Assembly: GCA_964016885.1 (NCBI GenBank)
Contig: OZ024740.1
Span: forward strand, 93,310,001-93,374,000
DNA: 64,000 nucleotides
DNA from: Eledone cirrhosa
Lineage: Eukaryota
Direction: 5' to 3'
A program made the translations under genes and the position numbers. The notes under the pieces were generated by a model, which searched no databases, was not told the origin of the DNA, and worked only from the letters and a program-made list of their open reading frames with translations. Below, piece after piece: positions 28,621-42,295 of this stretch; position 1 is the stretch's first letter, and the number at the start of each line of letters is the position of its first letter.

Positions 28621-28670
<50 letters not shown>

Positions 28671-28713
28671 TTGCGAGGTTTTTTATATGAAATCGTGTGT
28701 CGAAACAAATATC

Positions 28714-29223
28714 ATTATACTTGAGGAGGGTAATATTGTTGTAATAATATTGCCAGAACTAATACAAAGCCACACTCACTGTTTGGTGGGTTTTCGTTTC
28801 TCTATCTTTTATATCTCCACAGTTAATTCATTCGGCCCTCAATATTTACCATTGACTGACCACCGGTTAAAAATACAGATATAATATAGATATAAACACA
28901 TATATATAGTGTAACAAATTTGTTTCGTTGGACATCTGCAACATCATCAGATATACAATACAACAAAAGGAACATTATAGTACCACTGATGTTGTTGCAG
29001 ATGTGCAACGAAAGAACTTTGTTAGACTATATATATAGGTGTTTACATCTATATTAAATCTGTAAGTTTGACCGTTGGTCAGCCAATGGTAAACATTGAG
29101 GGCCGAATGAATTAACTGTGGAGATATAAACGTCACAGAAGCGAAAACTAACCAAACATTAAGTGTGTTCTGTTATTAATTCTGGCAAATTTATTACAAC
29201 AATATGACCCTCCCCAAGTATAA
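28714..29223. mobile_element. Fold-back insert with HHR in both arms
   Basis: 28714-28950 is inverted at 28986-29223 with a 35-nt spacer; flanked by (TA)n. Confidence 0.85.
28982..29023 (+). ncRNA. Minimal hammerhead motif (partner 28913-28950, minus strand)
   Basis: Consensus of the two arms: CTGATGA-t-GTTGCA gatg TGCAAC-GAA-AGAACT-T-TGTT. Same architecture as 8320 with covarying stem II. Confidence 0.65.
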
Positions 29224-29241
29224 CAACATATATATATATAC

Positions 29242-29290
<49 letters not shown>

Positions 29291-29293
29291 TTA

Positions 29294-31822
29294 CTAGCAG
29301 AAGTACCCGGCATCGCCCGGGTCTAAGTCGACCTTTGGTATGTTAGAATGTGTGAAAGTTACTTCCCGCGCATCACAGGTTCAAAACTTCGAACTTCAAT
29401 GAAAAAAAATAGGTTAGTAGACACAGGTGTGTAATTTATCAATTGTAGTTACACAGTGTATCGTTGAAATTGTTCTCTGCACGACTGACGGAAGTCAAAA
29501 TCGCTTGATATTGAATGTTCAGTTAATTTAAAGCAGGGTGAAAATGTCGATTACTTTCATGTTTTTGTTTTTTTTTACAATTTTTGCGCTCACATGCGCA
29601 GAAGAAGAATTAAACGGGCCTTTATCTTAACCGCGGCATAATGGCGATTCTTTTGTGACAGTTTTGAAGAATATAGGACGTTCCTGTAAAAAGTTTTCCC
29701 ATATGCAACTTTGCCTTGTTTTTTGCGCAAATTCGAGCCCCACTTCAGTTTTATTGATTTTTTATATCAATGCGTGATCTCTGAAGTAGATTTGAGTAGC
29801 TAAAAACCTGTCCCGGTAAATTTGCTATAGGTGAAAAAAAGTTGATCAAAATTGTATCTAGGGTTATTGCCCTTTGCGACAGCCTCAAGCCTCGTCTGAT
29901 GGGATGTTGGTGATTCCTCCGTCAGCTCTTGTTGGCGATGAAGGCGAACATCAGCAAGCCTTGTCGTACGTGATGTTGGTGACTCAACCAGCCAGGAAAG
30001 ACGTCTATCAGCGAGTCGAGATTCGCGCTCAGCAGGTGTTTCCTAGAGAAAATTAATTAATTCTACTGGTTAGCTAAACCAATGGCAGTGTCAATAGTAA
30101 ATGAGAAAAGTCTAACATGAACAAAAGGGAATCAAGGTAAGACAATAAATTTAATATAACTACGATTAGAATGTTGTAGTTGCTTAAAAGTGGTGACAGT
30201 TAGGATAAACGCAGTAATTGCTAACATTAAGGGAGAATATTGCATAAAGGATTAATCAATTGTGAATGAACTCATAAATGAGAACGCCTAATTCGTTGTC
30301 TCAAAGCAGTAGCTGTACCTTTTTTGGAGGTAAGTCTTGAACGTTTCCGTGTGGGCATAACGACGTGTAACGAAGCTGTTAGGTTAGAGACAGGTGATTA
30401 AATACAGAGAGAGATGACATCAGATTCATTAGCATGGTTACTGGTGAATTGGTGAATGGGAAGGTTTGGAAATATGATTACAATAACTTACCGAATTTTC
30501 CGGTCTATAAATTGCACTTAAAATAATTAAATTTAATCAAAAAACAGCTCTGCGCTTTATACTCCGGTGAGCCTTATGTATAAATAATACAATGGTAATC
30601 AATCACGGCTCTAACATAAGTAATAGATCTAGACTAAAAGTAAAGAATATTGCATTTTCCTGGTTGGCCTTACACGCCGTTGCGCGGACGTGATTTTAAA
30701 TGATACGCCTTATATCCTGGCGAGCCTTATAGAGCGGAAAACATCTATTGGAAAAGAATACGAATTCATGACCAAGGTGTGACAAAATAGCGTCTATACA
30801 GCGCCTGAAACAAACTTGTCCAAAACCCTAGGATTTTTCTCGTTAAGTATCCACCCAAAAGGAACCGTTTTTTAGTTACAAAAAATAACCAAAGTGTATA
30901 ATAGCTATATTTCTGACATATCATGCCAAAAAGAACAATATATTCAAAAAATGTTATAAAGTACATTCAATCTCCCTTTTTGAGCGATATCTTAATAAGC
31001 AAGTTATCGATTTTTTATTGGCTGTCAGTGTCTATCTGCATACAGGTGTGCACGTGTGCGCAATTAATTGCAAATACGCTCATAACATTTAGTCGTAAGC
31101 AGAACAAAAAATGCCATTAGAGGTGGGCTAATAATGAAGGCACAAACCCTGGTGAACTTACGTTTAAACACCCGAAAAGTTACTCACTTCCTGTGCAAAA
31201 GACTATTATAAATTAAGTAATTTTTTAGAATCTTTCGTTTAAAAAAGGAAAACGTTGGTACGGACGTTACATTTTTTACAACTTTGTATGTGTACAATAC
31301 AACTTGGTCAACGTATTATTTAGTCATTTCTTTTTTCAAAAAGCATGCTTATTTAAGACTGTTTGAAAATTTACTCACAGCTTTTAGCATCACAAAAGAC
31401 ACCATTAAATTTGATTCCTTTTTCAGATAGTGATAATACTGTATTTCCACTTGAATATGAAAAGATAAACTCGTTAATGGTCGGTCTTTTACTGAGACAG
31501 CTGGGAAGACATGCAGCTGGCCGTCCAATCGATAACGCACGTCCTTTTATGGGCATATGAAATTTATTTTTATTGCGCCAGATGTAAACTAAGAGTTCTT
31601 GTGTTCGAATTCACATAAAATTTCATTAGAATCGAAAATCATTCTGTCATAGGGCCCGATTAGCGATTTTTCGAAATTTTCAAGTAGCCTATTCCACTCT
31701 ACGCGTTGAGTTTTATATATGTGTGAGGTTTCATGAACATTGGATGAAAGGTGTAGCATGCAAGTTCGGAACACCAAACCATGTCCATCTTCACTTTATA
31801 TATATATATATATATATATATA
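29294..31822 (-). mobile_element. Probable non-autonomous Helitron
   Basis: Minus-strand 3' end ACCCGGGCGATGCCGGGT hairpin + 7 nt + CTAG followed by T (29294-29322). Putative 5' end CTATATA..AAAGTGAAG near 31822. No RepHel ORF; the 5' boundary is uncertain. Confidence 0.6.
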
Positions 31823-33649
31823 GTGAAAGAATGATGAGTAACATGGCTGGCTGTACAATAAGGGGCTTTATTTCAAGTACTGACAATTGTTTCATTGATC
31901 AGGTGAGTCTAGAGTTCGCAGTACCTCTAAACTGGATAACCTTTAACGATAACTTGTTATCCATCCCATATATGTATCTGTGTGTATGTGTGCGTGTGTG
32001 CGTGTGTGTGTGTATGTATGTGTGTGTGTTTGTGTGTGTATGTGTGTGTGCGCGTGTTTATGCCTGTATGTCTGTGTCTGTGCATTCACTTTTATTGGGC
32101 TCCATAGTGAATCGCATTGCAGTGGAATTTCGCCTGTTTATAACAACGCCATCGGATGATCTAATGATTTACATTAACACATCAAAAGAATACAAACGCA
32201 AACAAACGTGAAGAATAAAGCATGTGATGTGTTTAATGACAAAATAACGCATTACTATAAGCATTTCGGAGGAAGTTATATTGTAAGAAAACATACAGTT
32301 AGAGGGAATCTTAAACGGATTTGAAAGCCACAATTCATGGCCAAACCAAAATATTTCAAGTTACGTGTATGTACGAACATCTTAGCGTTAATTTCAAATA
32401 ATACTATTTCATTTAAACACCTTTATCGAATTAAATCGGACGAAGAAAATAATAATTTGTTCATCTACAATATCAATTATATGTTAATGTATAAGCATAT
32501 ACATACTGTTATATTACCTATGGGTGTCATTAACATAACATCACCGTATATACCAACTTCTTTTCTTGTAAGAGTGACCGATCGAATAGGCGTACATTTT
32601 ATGAACCCAAAGTACTCAGCTGTCACTTACATCAGCTCATACCGTGTAAAGAGTTGCTATACAATACTGCAGTTATGATCACTTCGGAGAATTACTTTGG
32701 AAATTACTCAACATTAACAATTAATCTACAGGGGTAATATAGAAACATATAAGTAAAATTAAACTATGACTGACCACTAGACAATTACTGCACGTCAAAC
32801 TCCTAATAATTAGCTTAGGGGAAATGTTATATATTGTTGAAGCCTAGCCCTTATTTATATAGGATGGAGTGCATCACAGGTTGCGGTAATAAATTAATTT
32901 CATTCATAAGATATTTTTATAGAAATAAGAATAATTCCTGTGCAAGCGATTAGATTGAGTTTTCAGATTCCCAATTGCGACGAAAAATCTATTATTTTGA
33001 GTCCACTCACTTATTATGAATCTAAGTTAAATAATAGAGCTATTACTGACGTCAAATTCAAAACTAATATATGTAAGGGAAATACCACATATTTTAACAA
33101 AATATAGTAAGAGGCTTTGTATTTAACCTATTAGAAAGAATAGGAATTCTTGTGGAAGAATTTACAGAGATTTGCTACATAATATTGGTGAATGAGATTG
33201 ATTTATTGAAAGACAGTCAGTGAAACTCATGTTACATCTAGGCTGGCCTTTTTGTGGGACTATAGTAATACTATATACTCCATTTTACAATTCACTTGCT
33301 TTATATATCCCATATGTTCTGTTCATTATGTGAAAGCTCGCCTTTATATTTTCCGTAATTGATACAGTAACCCACTGGATCTTTTTATATTTCCTGATTA
33401 TAATACGTTAGACGATTTTGTGACATATTAATGATTAACTACTATTTGCCTTTTACCGATTAATTAATTTTTTAAACTGGTGCTACATTTATTCTCATAA
33501 AAAACAATTATTTTAGAAATTAAAGATTGAATATGAATGAAAAATTTTATTTTTAACTGTGTGTTGATTATACATACACAAACATACACACACACACATA
33601 CACACACACAGGCACATATATAAATGTATATATTTATATATATAAAAAA

Positions 33650-33714
<65 letters not shown>

Positions 33715-34134
33715 CATGTGCGTGTGTGCGTTTGGAAACGAATACAAGATCGCGCGCACATAAATTGATCATTTAAACCAAAATGTTTGAACGTATGAAT
33801 TAGGTAAGAAACAAACGCAAATATTGTTATACTTAGTCCTGAAACATCCATTATGTTAAATCAGTTGGAATCTCACAGATTTTGTTGAAATCGTTCAAAA
33901 TCCATGTGTAATGGGAGTAATGAATGTGTTAATGAATATCATTAATTCTAAATTTCAACGTAAGTAATAGCGTAATTAACAGATCATATATGATCGATAA
34001 AAAACGTTTAGTAACATGATGTTATATATATATTTATTCGTGTTAATATCCGTTGATTGGGCGAGGCAAATATCAAGCCTCACAAATTTAATAATACTAC
34101 AATTGAAACGCTCATATTCTAAAGAATTATAATA

Positions 34135-35341
34135 TATTGAATTGGCAAGAAAGTAATTTCGGTTTGTTAGTGCGAAATAAATGTATTTTCCTCATACACA
34201 GAATGGAACTTAATTAATTATACATTCTCCATTTTGTTTAAGGATAGACTGGCAAATTTCTGGCAAACATCACGATTCGGCGCTCATAAAACCTCTGGTC
34301 CTCATCAGTCAGAAACTGAAGTAAGTGCTATTTCAGGTCATCATCATTATTGAAAGTTTTACCCTACAAATCATTTTGCAAACTTTTAAATAATTGGTAA
34401 TCTGACGGTGCAAGATCTGACCTTTTACGAGTAGTTAGCAAATCATTTACGATTTGCCGATTTGCCAATTATGGCCGTTTTTTCCTTGATTGCTTCCTCA
34501 AGTTCCATTGGTCGTTGACAGTAAAAAACTGAATTGATACTTTGGTTCCTTGGAAGCAGCCCAAAATACCCAAAACTTCAATAATCCCACCAAATTGAAA
34601 GCATGACCTTTTTGTATGCAATTCAGCTTTCGATGTGGTTTGTGCTGGTTCATTACACTTGCATCATTCTCAGTTTCTATTGATGCTATTGTAGATAATC
34701 CATGTGTCCTCAGCAGTGAAGATTCGTTTCAGAAAAAGGTCGGTTTCATTGCATTTGAGATGGATATCATAAATATTGATCCGTTGAGTTCAGTGAATCT
34801 CTTTCAATTTATGTGGAACCCAAATATCGAGCTTCTTAACGCGTCCAAAATATTTTAAATGATTTTCAATTGTTGTGTGTGATACATTTAAACTCTCTGC
34901 AGTCAGTTATATGACAATTATGGTAGATTCAATTATGGCATTGATTTAGTCATCATCAACTTCAGCAGATCGACTAGAAGGTTGGACAACTTTGAGTGAA
35001 AAATCTTCAGAACGGAAATTTTAAAACAATTTCTGACATGTTCGTTCTGTGAAGCAATCAACACCATAAACTTCACATATCTCTTTGTGAGCCTCGACAG
35101 CATCCCTGATTTACGGAAATAAAAAATTAAAATATTGTAAATATATTCGTTTTAGCACTTCATGTAAAGTTTGACACTGAACAAAAAGCACTAAATGAAA
35201 TTACGCTCAATTTGCTTCTAAAGTAAGGTATAAGTATCGAATGTCAGAAGGAAAAAATCATAACGTTGACCAAAGTCATTCAAAACAATCGTACCTCTAT
35301 CTATTCGCGAAAAACAAAATTACTTTCTTGCCAACCGAATA
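34135..35341 (-). mobile_element. Mariner (Tc1/mariner) DNA transposon, decayed
   Basis: TIRs TATTGAATTGGCAAGAAAGTAATTTCGGTTT / AAACAAAATTACTTTCTTGCCAACCGAATA with TA ends, 1.2 kb. Minus-strand remnant EAHKEICEVYGVDCFTERTCQ..FRSEDFSLK..EVDDD. Confidence 0.88.
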
Positions 35342-35489
35342 TTATGTCACTGGAAAGAAACCAGTATTTCATTTTCAAGTATGTGTGTGTGTGTGACAGC
35401 TCACACCTATGCAAGTTTAGCTGGTCTCCTCCAATGTTTATCTTGTTGGAGGTGTCTTCAGTAATTTAATGATTGAGACCCCAGTCCTA

Positions 35490-35630
35490 TCATCTCATTT
35501 CTACAGCTGAATATACTGGAGCAACGTGAAATAAAGTGTTTTTCTCAAGGAAAATACACATCACCCGGTCCGAGAATTTAACTCATAAGCGTTCGATTGC
35601 AAAGCCAATGGTCTAACCACTAAGCCATTA
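35490..35630 (-). mobile_element. tRNA-derived SINE fragment with CORE-like segment
   Basis: Minus strand: TGGCTTAGTGGTTAG A-box, GAGTTAAATTCTC B-box-like, then TCCTTGAGAAAAACACTTTATTTCACGTTGCTCCAG. Confidence 0.65.
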
Positions 35631-35889
35631 CTAAGTTTTAAGCAGAGAGATATTCCTTTTCTTTACATTATATGGATTACCATTTTCCTCCATATGAAAA
35701 TGTACTCACTGCAGCATTCTTGATGTTTTTGTACATATCATATGCAATAGAATCAAAAACCTATTCGTGTTCTTAGTTGGAGGTACTCTAAGTAGTCATA
35801 TATGGGAGATTCTTTGATAGATATATTCGCAACTATTATAGAAATGTGATATTTCAAATTAAACAAAATTTCTCTTTTCTTCAAGTTCC

Positions 35890-35929
35890 CTATAAATACA
35901 TGTATATGTATATATACATACATGTATAC

Positions 35930-36012
<83 letters not shown>

Positions 36013-36050
36013 CATACACATGTATATGTATATATACATACATGTTTATG

Positions 36051-36082
<32 letters not shown>

Positions 36083-36114
36083 CATATACATGTATATGTA
36101 TATATACATACATG

Positions 36115-36154
<40 letters not shown>

Positions 36155-36186
36155 CATATACATGTATATGTATATATACATACATG

Positions 36187-36238
<52 letters not shown>
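35890..36238. repeat. Higher-order microsatellite: about 4 units of acatgtatatgtatatatacatacatgt + (TA)n
   Basis: Direct reading. Confidence 0.85.
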
Positions 36239-36242
<4 letters not shown>

Positions 36243-36243
<1 letters not shown>

Positions 36244-36696
36244 CAATATATTAACAAATGGAAACTATATTTATAAAACAATATTTATTCTATTATAAAT
36301 ATTTCTAGGGCCACCAAGGCAAATTATGGTGCGCTTTCATCAGATAAAATACAATACAGATTAGTTTTATAAATTAATATTGACATATCCTGAAAAAAAA
36401 CAACCTTAACGGTTGGAGCTTCCTGGATAGACTATCCAGGAAGCTCCAACTTTTTTCACGGTATGTCAATATTTATTTATAAAACTAATCTGTATTGTAT
36501 ATTATCTGATGAAAGCCCACCATAATTTGCCTTGGTGGCCCTTGAAATATGTATAATAACATAAATATGGTTTTATAAATATAGTTTACATTTGTTAATA
36601 TATTGTATATTTACTCCATTAAACTGTTGAATGCTTTATTCAGTTATAAAAATATTTAAGCTTATTGAATCACAACAAATTAAATATAACCTCTGC

Positions 36697-36700
<4 letters not shown>
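36243..36700. mobile_element. Fold-back insert with complete HHR in each arm
   Basis: About 36243-36430 is inverted at 36432-36610; centre gttggagcttcctggatag-a-ctatccaggaagctccaac. Same family as 9833-10090. Confidence 0.88.
36498..36563 (+). ncRNA. Hammerhead ribozyme (partner about 36285-36351, minus strand)
   Basis: TATATTAT-CTGATGA-AAGCCCACCA..TGGTGGCCCTT-GAAA-TATGTA-TA-ATAACATA. Minus copy: TATTTTAT-CTGATGA..GAAA-TATTTA-TA-ATAGAATA. Confidence 0.75.
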
Positions 36701-36727
<27 letters not shown>

Positions 36728-36995
36728 TCACAGAATTCACAAACCATTTATTTAGCTTACAATTGTTTCATTTGGAAGAAACAATTGTAAGGTAATAAAT
36801 GGTTTGAACATAACTTTGATTCCTGTGAATTCTATATAACAATTCATATAACAACTGATGTTATTACATTGAGCTATTTATCTTACTTGTAATAAGGTAG
36901 TAATAAATTACTGTCTTTCACTGTTTAGGGTTTAAAATATATATAACTATAAAAAGTTTTAGTATATACATAACTATAAATAGTATCCTTAATAC

Positions 36996-37068
<73 letters not shown>

Positions 37069-37160
37069 AATCGTGTTTCCACCCCTTTCTCTCCCCCTTT
37101 TTTAAATGTCTTTCCCCCACTCCCCCACTCCCCCTCGGAACTCTCTTCCTACCCACTTTT

Positions 37161-37194
37161 CTCCTAATGAATGACTTATGCCCGAAACGTCGTC
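37161..37194 (+). ncRNA. Degenerate minimal PLE-type hammerhead
   Basis: CTAATGA atgacttatg CCC-GAA-ACGT-C, followed by AATAAA in a short insert between (TA)n tracts. Confidence 0.45.
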
Positions 37195-37271
37195 TCCACG
37201 CACTCTCAAATACGTGAACCTAATAAACTGGTATTTGTACTGCCTCTATGTATTTGTTACTGTCTAAGATT

Positions 37272-37302
<31 letters not shown>

Positions 37303-37492
37303 GAACGAGTAGGACCCCGACGGCTGAGCTCAAGCCGTTTCGACGGCTAATTCAGTCCAGAATTAGCCGTCGAAACGGCTTGAGCTCAGCCGTCGGGGTC
37401 CTACTCGTTCCTATTAGCCACGCTACTAACCTAAGTATTGAGTACTTTGGTGCGTTATGGTCCACCTGGTTCCTTACCACATTTCCTTCGTT
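37303..37492 (+). mobile_element. Short fold-back insert carrying the HHR 3' half
   Basis: Perfect inverted repeat of about 50 bp, 37303-37353 / 37360-37410; GCCGTC-GAA-ACGGCT tgagctc AGCCGT-C-GGGGT. Confidence 0.85.
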
Positions 37493-37507
37493 ATATATAT
37501 ATATATT

Positions 37508-37601
<94 letters not shown>
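37508..37601. repeat. (AG)n microsatellite
   Basis: Direct reading. Confidence 0.95.
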
Positions 37602-37605
<4 letters not shown>

Positions 37606-38137
37606 GTTGCGCGCAGTACAAGGGAAATAGGCGTGAAGTGATTTCCACTTTGTGAATATTTGATAAGGCTACACATGCATTTAGCGACAATAGATTTATT
37701 ACATTTATATAACTACAAAATGAATGGTATGACATATTTTAATATGAGAATATGATACTTCTATTTCTTAGGTGCGCCCTATGTAACAGTATTCAGTTAT
37801 TAGGTGCAGATTTTTATGAATTAAGTAATTAACTCATAAGTAACTCATTATAACAATACTCGTAAACATATTTGCACCCACCCCCTCCCTATTATTTGTT
37901 ACACCATTATTATATAATTATCGACAATAAAATATCTGTCTGTATTAATCTTTATTTAAGAAATATTTTTTAAAAATCTATTTTGTTTACTCTATATCGA
38001 CATTCGCTCTAATTTCGGGGGATATTGTTTTACAGTTTAAAAAAAGTATTTCATTCATTTTAGGATGATACACGTAAACCATCCGTTGCATTTACATAAG
38101 CTATGATCAAGCTTGAACTGCTGCAACATCAATGATC

Positions 38138-38202
<65 letters not shown>

Positions 38203-38207
<5 letters not shown>

Positions 38208-38341
38208 AACCAGTAAGACCCCGACAGCTGAGCTCAGCTGTCGGGGTCTTACTGGTTCCTATTACCCACTCTACTACCTCAAGTATTGAGTACTTTGGTG
38301 CGTTATCGTCCACCTGGTTCCTTACCACATTTCCTTCGTTA
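38203..38341 (+). mobile_element. Same family as 37303; begins with a perfect spacerless 60-bp palindrome
   Basis: ATAGGAACCAGTAAGACCCCGACAGCTGAG|CTCAGCTGTCGGGGTCTTACTGGTTCCTAT; 3' part is near-identical to 37411-37492. Confidence 0.85.
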
Positions 38342-38769
38342 TATATATATATATATATATATACCTGAATGCAACAAATTAATTTTCTAAATGCATGACA
38401 AATCATCTAATGTTGATCATTGATCAAATCACTCAATGAAAGTAGCAAAATTATTGCTATTATATTTGTGAAATGTGGTGTGTTAATATAAGCATGCATA
38501 ATACCGTGTATATAAGCCGTTTATCCCGGTGGTGTTGTGTAATAGAAGGTTACATTGCAAAGCAAATCCATGCAATATTTAATACTTTTAAATCCATTTA
38601 TGTAAAGGGGGAAAAGAATTAAAGCGAATAAATTGGGAATGTCATGCATTTATTGATAATTTTTTTCGTATGGCAAAATGAGCACTAAGATATATTATCT
38701 CTATACCTCAAAAAAAGAGAGGTGAGTGGTGTGCGTTGTACGCTACAAGTGGTCTATGTATTTGAAAAC

Positions 38770-39150
38770 AAGCAGGCCTGAGAGACGGCCCCATCCCCAT
38801 TCCTGAAGAGTGTTTGAAAATAGTGTACTTCAATAGGAAGTAAATATCGGATATAATGACAAAGAACAACTCTTGGATGTCAGCGGGAGTAACGCTGAAT
38901 GAATTGATGTCGATAGCAGCGATACTGTCAGTAATCAGTATGTTTGCGAGATGGGACAGAGGTTAAGTGATAAACTTCATCTTAGATAAGAGAGCATCTA
39001 TCCACATGGGTTAAGTTCATTTAATCACTTGGTAGATTCGTATAAGCTGTCTCGATGTCGGGTGAATGAATGGAGGAGCACTTTGTGAAGTCTGAAGAGA
39101 AGCCATGATAATTTGTAACAAGACCGTCTATACCAAAGACAATATATATA
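38770..39150 (-). pseudogene. Possible highly decayed PLE RT remnant
   Basis: Minus-strand FRLHKV, IAAIDINSF and TIFKHSSGMGMGPSLRPAC occur in the order of PLE RT motifs. Confidence 0.3.
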
Positions 39151-42109
39151 ATTTATAACTTGGTTCATTTAATATGTGTTAATAAGATGTCAGAAAATTG
39201 GAGCTTGCTCTTTCTGAGTGTTATGATACGTTTACTTCGATCTTAGAGTTTTCAGCGGCTACACAAATTAGACAAACTGGGGTTAAAATTGATTTCTCGC
39301 TGGCTATGTGTGATGTAAAACCAGTTGTATAACCTATTGTTGCTGAAGTGTTCGAGCGCCGGTTGCGTACAAGCATTCTGTGTTAAGTGCAGAATTATTT
39401 CGTTAGACCTAAAATGATTGAGTGAGAGGTAAAAGTGCTTCTGTAAATTGTTTAAGTTTAGTTAACTAAAATTTAAGCTTTTTGGTGAGTGCGTGTAGGT
39501 TAGCGTGAATTATCATCTCCAAGCTACACTAACCTCCACCTACACACCCACATTTAACCAATCCACTAATATTACTGCTAAACACCGTCCAACCCTCATC
39601 CCCCTGACATCACACACGCCATAACACCCCAAACAAGCACACACACACACCAGTATATATACATTATATCATACATATGTACACAGCCCCTTCGCCTCTC
39701 TTCCTCCTACTACCAACACTAACCTCCGCCACGCACCCACCTACATCCTACTAAGACTTCCAATAATAACCCCCCCCCCCAATATCCACCTCCTCCACAA
39801 CCCCACCAACCTCTTCTTCAACTTTACCTCTCTTCACCCTAACAGACCACACACCGAAATATACACTCACTGACACCGATCTCAAGTCCTCACATTACCA
39901 CCACACTTTCAGCACACACATACACATAACTCCATTCACACCCACACAGCCACTCTCACCCACACACATCTGCCTGTCTACACAGCTACTACCCTCCCAC
40001 ACAGACAGGAATACTACTGCTTCTGTCTCACCAGTCTGTTCTGCCGGCCCCATCTCCTACCCTCCCACTCACACTTTGCCCTGCCAGATCCACCCTCCCC
40101 AAACACTCCTCCCAATTCTTTGACTTGATCATCTTGCCCACTTCCTGATCACGCGCCCCTAAACTTCCACTTCCTCTTCTCTATGTTTTTCGACCCTACC
40201 AATAGGAATCTATCACTTGCATATCGATGCGATTTCAACTTCGGGACTTTACCATCCACAGACATACACACCGACATCCACTCAGAAACTTAGACACACA
40301 GAAGCACCTCCACCATTTTCGCACACACGCAACTACACATTTCACACGAATCCGCATCATCCCCTCTTAACGATACAAACACACATACACACGTGCATAT
40401 ATTGCCTGTATATGAGGCAAATACAATATACCCCATTTATATATTTTGTACCTGAAGATAAACAAAGGAAAACATAGTATCGAAATAAACGACAGGTTGG
40501 AAACCCCAAAAAACAATTCAACATGCTATTACGCTTTCTCTAACATTAAAATGACATCGATGTGAGAAGTTCTTAGCAGTCTTCTCATATATTTGAACCA
40601 ACCATATCTAAATGATTTATCATAATATAACGTTGATTATCAATATTGCTGTACATAATTGTAATATCAATTGTCCGTATTAATATTTTAAGATTTTGTT
40701 TAAAAGGAATTTAGATTTATTAATTGCTTACGCCTTCTCAAATGCTTCACGTGTTGTATTCATTCCACCAATGCACTTTAACACACACAAACTTACTCGA
40801 GCACTTATACATACACATATACACACATGATAATGCGTATGAATAGGAGGTCCTGTACGTTATGAAAATTGTTTATGTAATAGCCATAATTATCAGATAA
40901 AACAATATATTTCCCTGGACATTATACGTTTGCATGAAAGATTTAATTGACAAGGTATTATAAGAATTTCCACAGACGAGATATTTCATATTGAAGAAAA
41001 TAATATCAATGCGTCTTACAAATGAATATAATTAAAATGAATGTTGAATGTTGCAAATACTATAGCATATGAGTTCATCTCACCTGATGAGGTAAGAGTA
41101 CACACTAATTACACGATATAATTGTAAGTCTTGAAATCATATTGTGTTAGAACAGGTTTTGTCATATTTTGTATGGTATATTGTAAGTTTCCGTTCAAAA
41201 TAATTTGTCGGATTTACTGGATGGTTTTATATTAAAAATGTTTTCATAAATGTAAGAGTTATTATTTGGAAGAATGTAGCATCCATTAAAACAAGTTAGC
41301 GCTGTGTGTTTACCTAAAAGAAATAATATAACGAAGGTAAAATATAAGGGAGAATATCAAGGTTTTCCATCTATAATACATATTAAACCAATGAACATAT
41401 GCAGTTTATACAGTACAGTTGTATATTTATCAGTGAATATTTCCGATGTAAACTATATGGAAAATGTTATTCCTGCGATATTGCATATACAACAAGTATT
41501 CTATAATTGAAGAATAAACCTGTTTGATGTATCAGTGAGTATCATTCACCGGAGGAATTCTACGTATTTTAAATATTTCTCGGTTTTAAAAATAAAGTAA
41601 ATAGAAATGAAAGAATACATTATCAGATAAATATCTTAACTTCGGAATCGTAAATCCGTTTATAACTTTCAAAATAAAATTAGATAACCTCGCTATTTTA
41701 TTAACAATAGATCTATTATGAATAATACAGTGTTTAGTTAAAACATATCGCGAGATGTTTATTACAGATGTTTGAAAATGAGTGTATGGAGAAAATGACG
41801 TAAACCAACGTTTGTGGGTAATTCGCCAAAAAATATTCATTTATGAAAGTTTGGTAATTTTTCATTTTAATACTTTCTCTTCAAACCAATTTCAGTTTGT
41901 TAAATACCATTCAAAAGACGATGCTGAAATCGAGGATTTGGTAGATGCTAAATACCAGAATTACAATAAAAAGGAACTGGCCTAAAATGAATATGGTTCT
42001 AACGTAGATCCGATATACCCAGACCCTGTTTAAGCCTATACTATTCTGTATCTCGGTATATTTCTCTCTCCAACCCTTTATATATATTTACATATATACA
42101 TCTGTGACA

Positions 42110-42295
42110 ATAACGGTGGAGTTCTTGTCGTTTTAACGGCTAGTTTCATAGTGAATCTGTAACTAGCTTTTGAAACGGCAACTGCTCTGCCGTTGGGGTC
42201 TCCATTCCATATAATATAACTATAATCTACTACCCCAAGTATCGAGTAATCTGTTGAGTAATAGTTTAACCAGCTCAAAGTGAATCCATCGTGAT
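42110..42295 (+). mobile_element. Diverged copy of the 12022/37303 HHR-bearing terminus
   Basis: ACGGCTAGTT..AACTAGC..GAA-ACGGC aactgctct GCCGT-T-GGGGTC..tactaccccaagtatcgagta. Confidence 0.6.

Noticed and set aside
27415-41100. Isolated CTGATGA words (27415, 34302 minus, 41084) and CTGAAGA..TATCGAAA at 40452
   Set aside because: No properly placed stem II + GAAA + UH; 34302 lies in mariner coding sequence; 40452 is too degenerate to call
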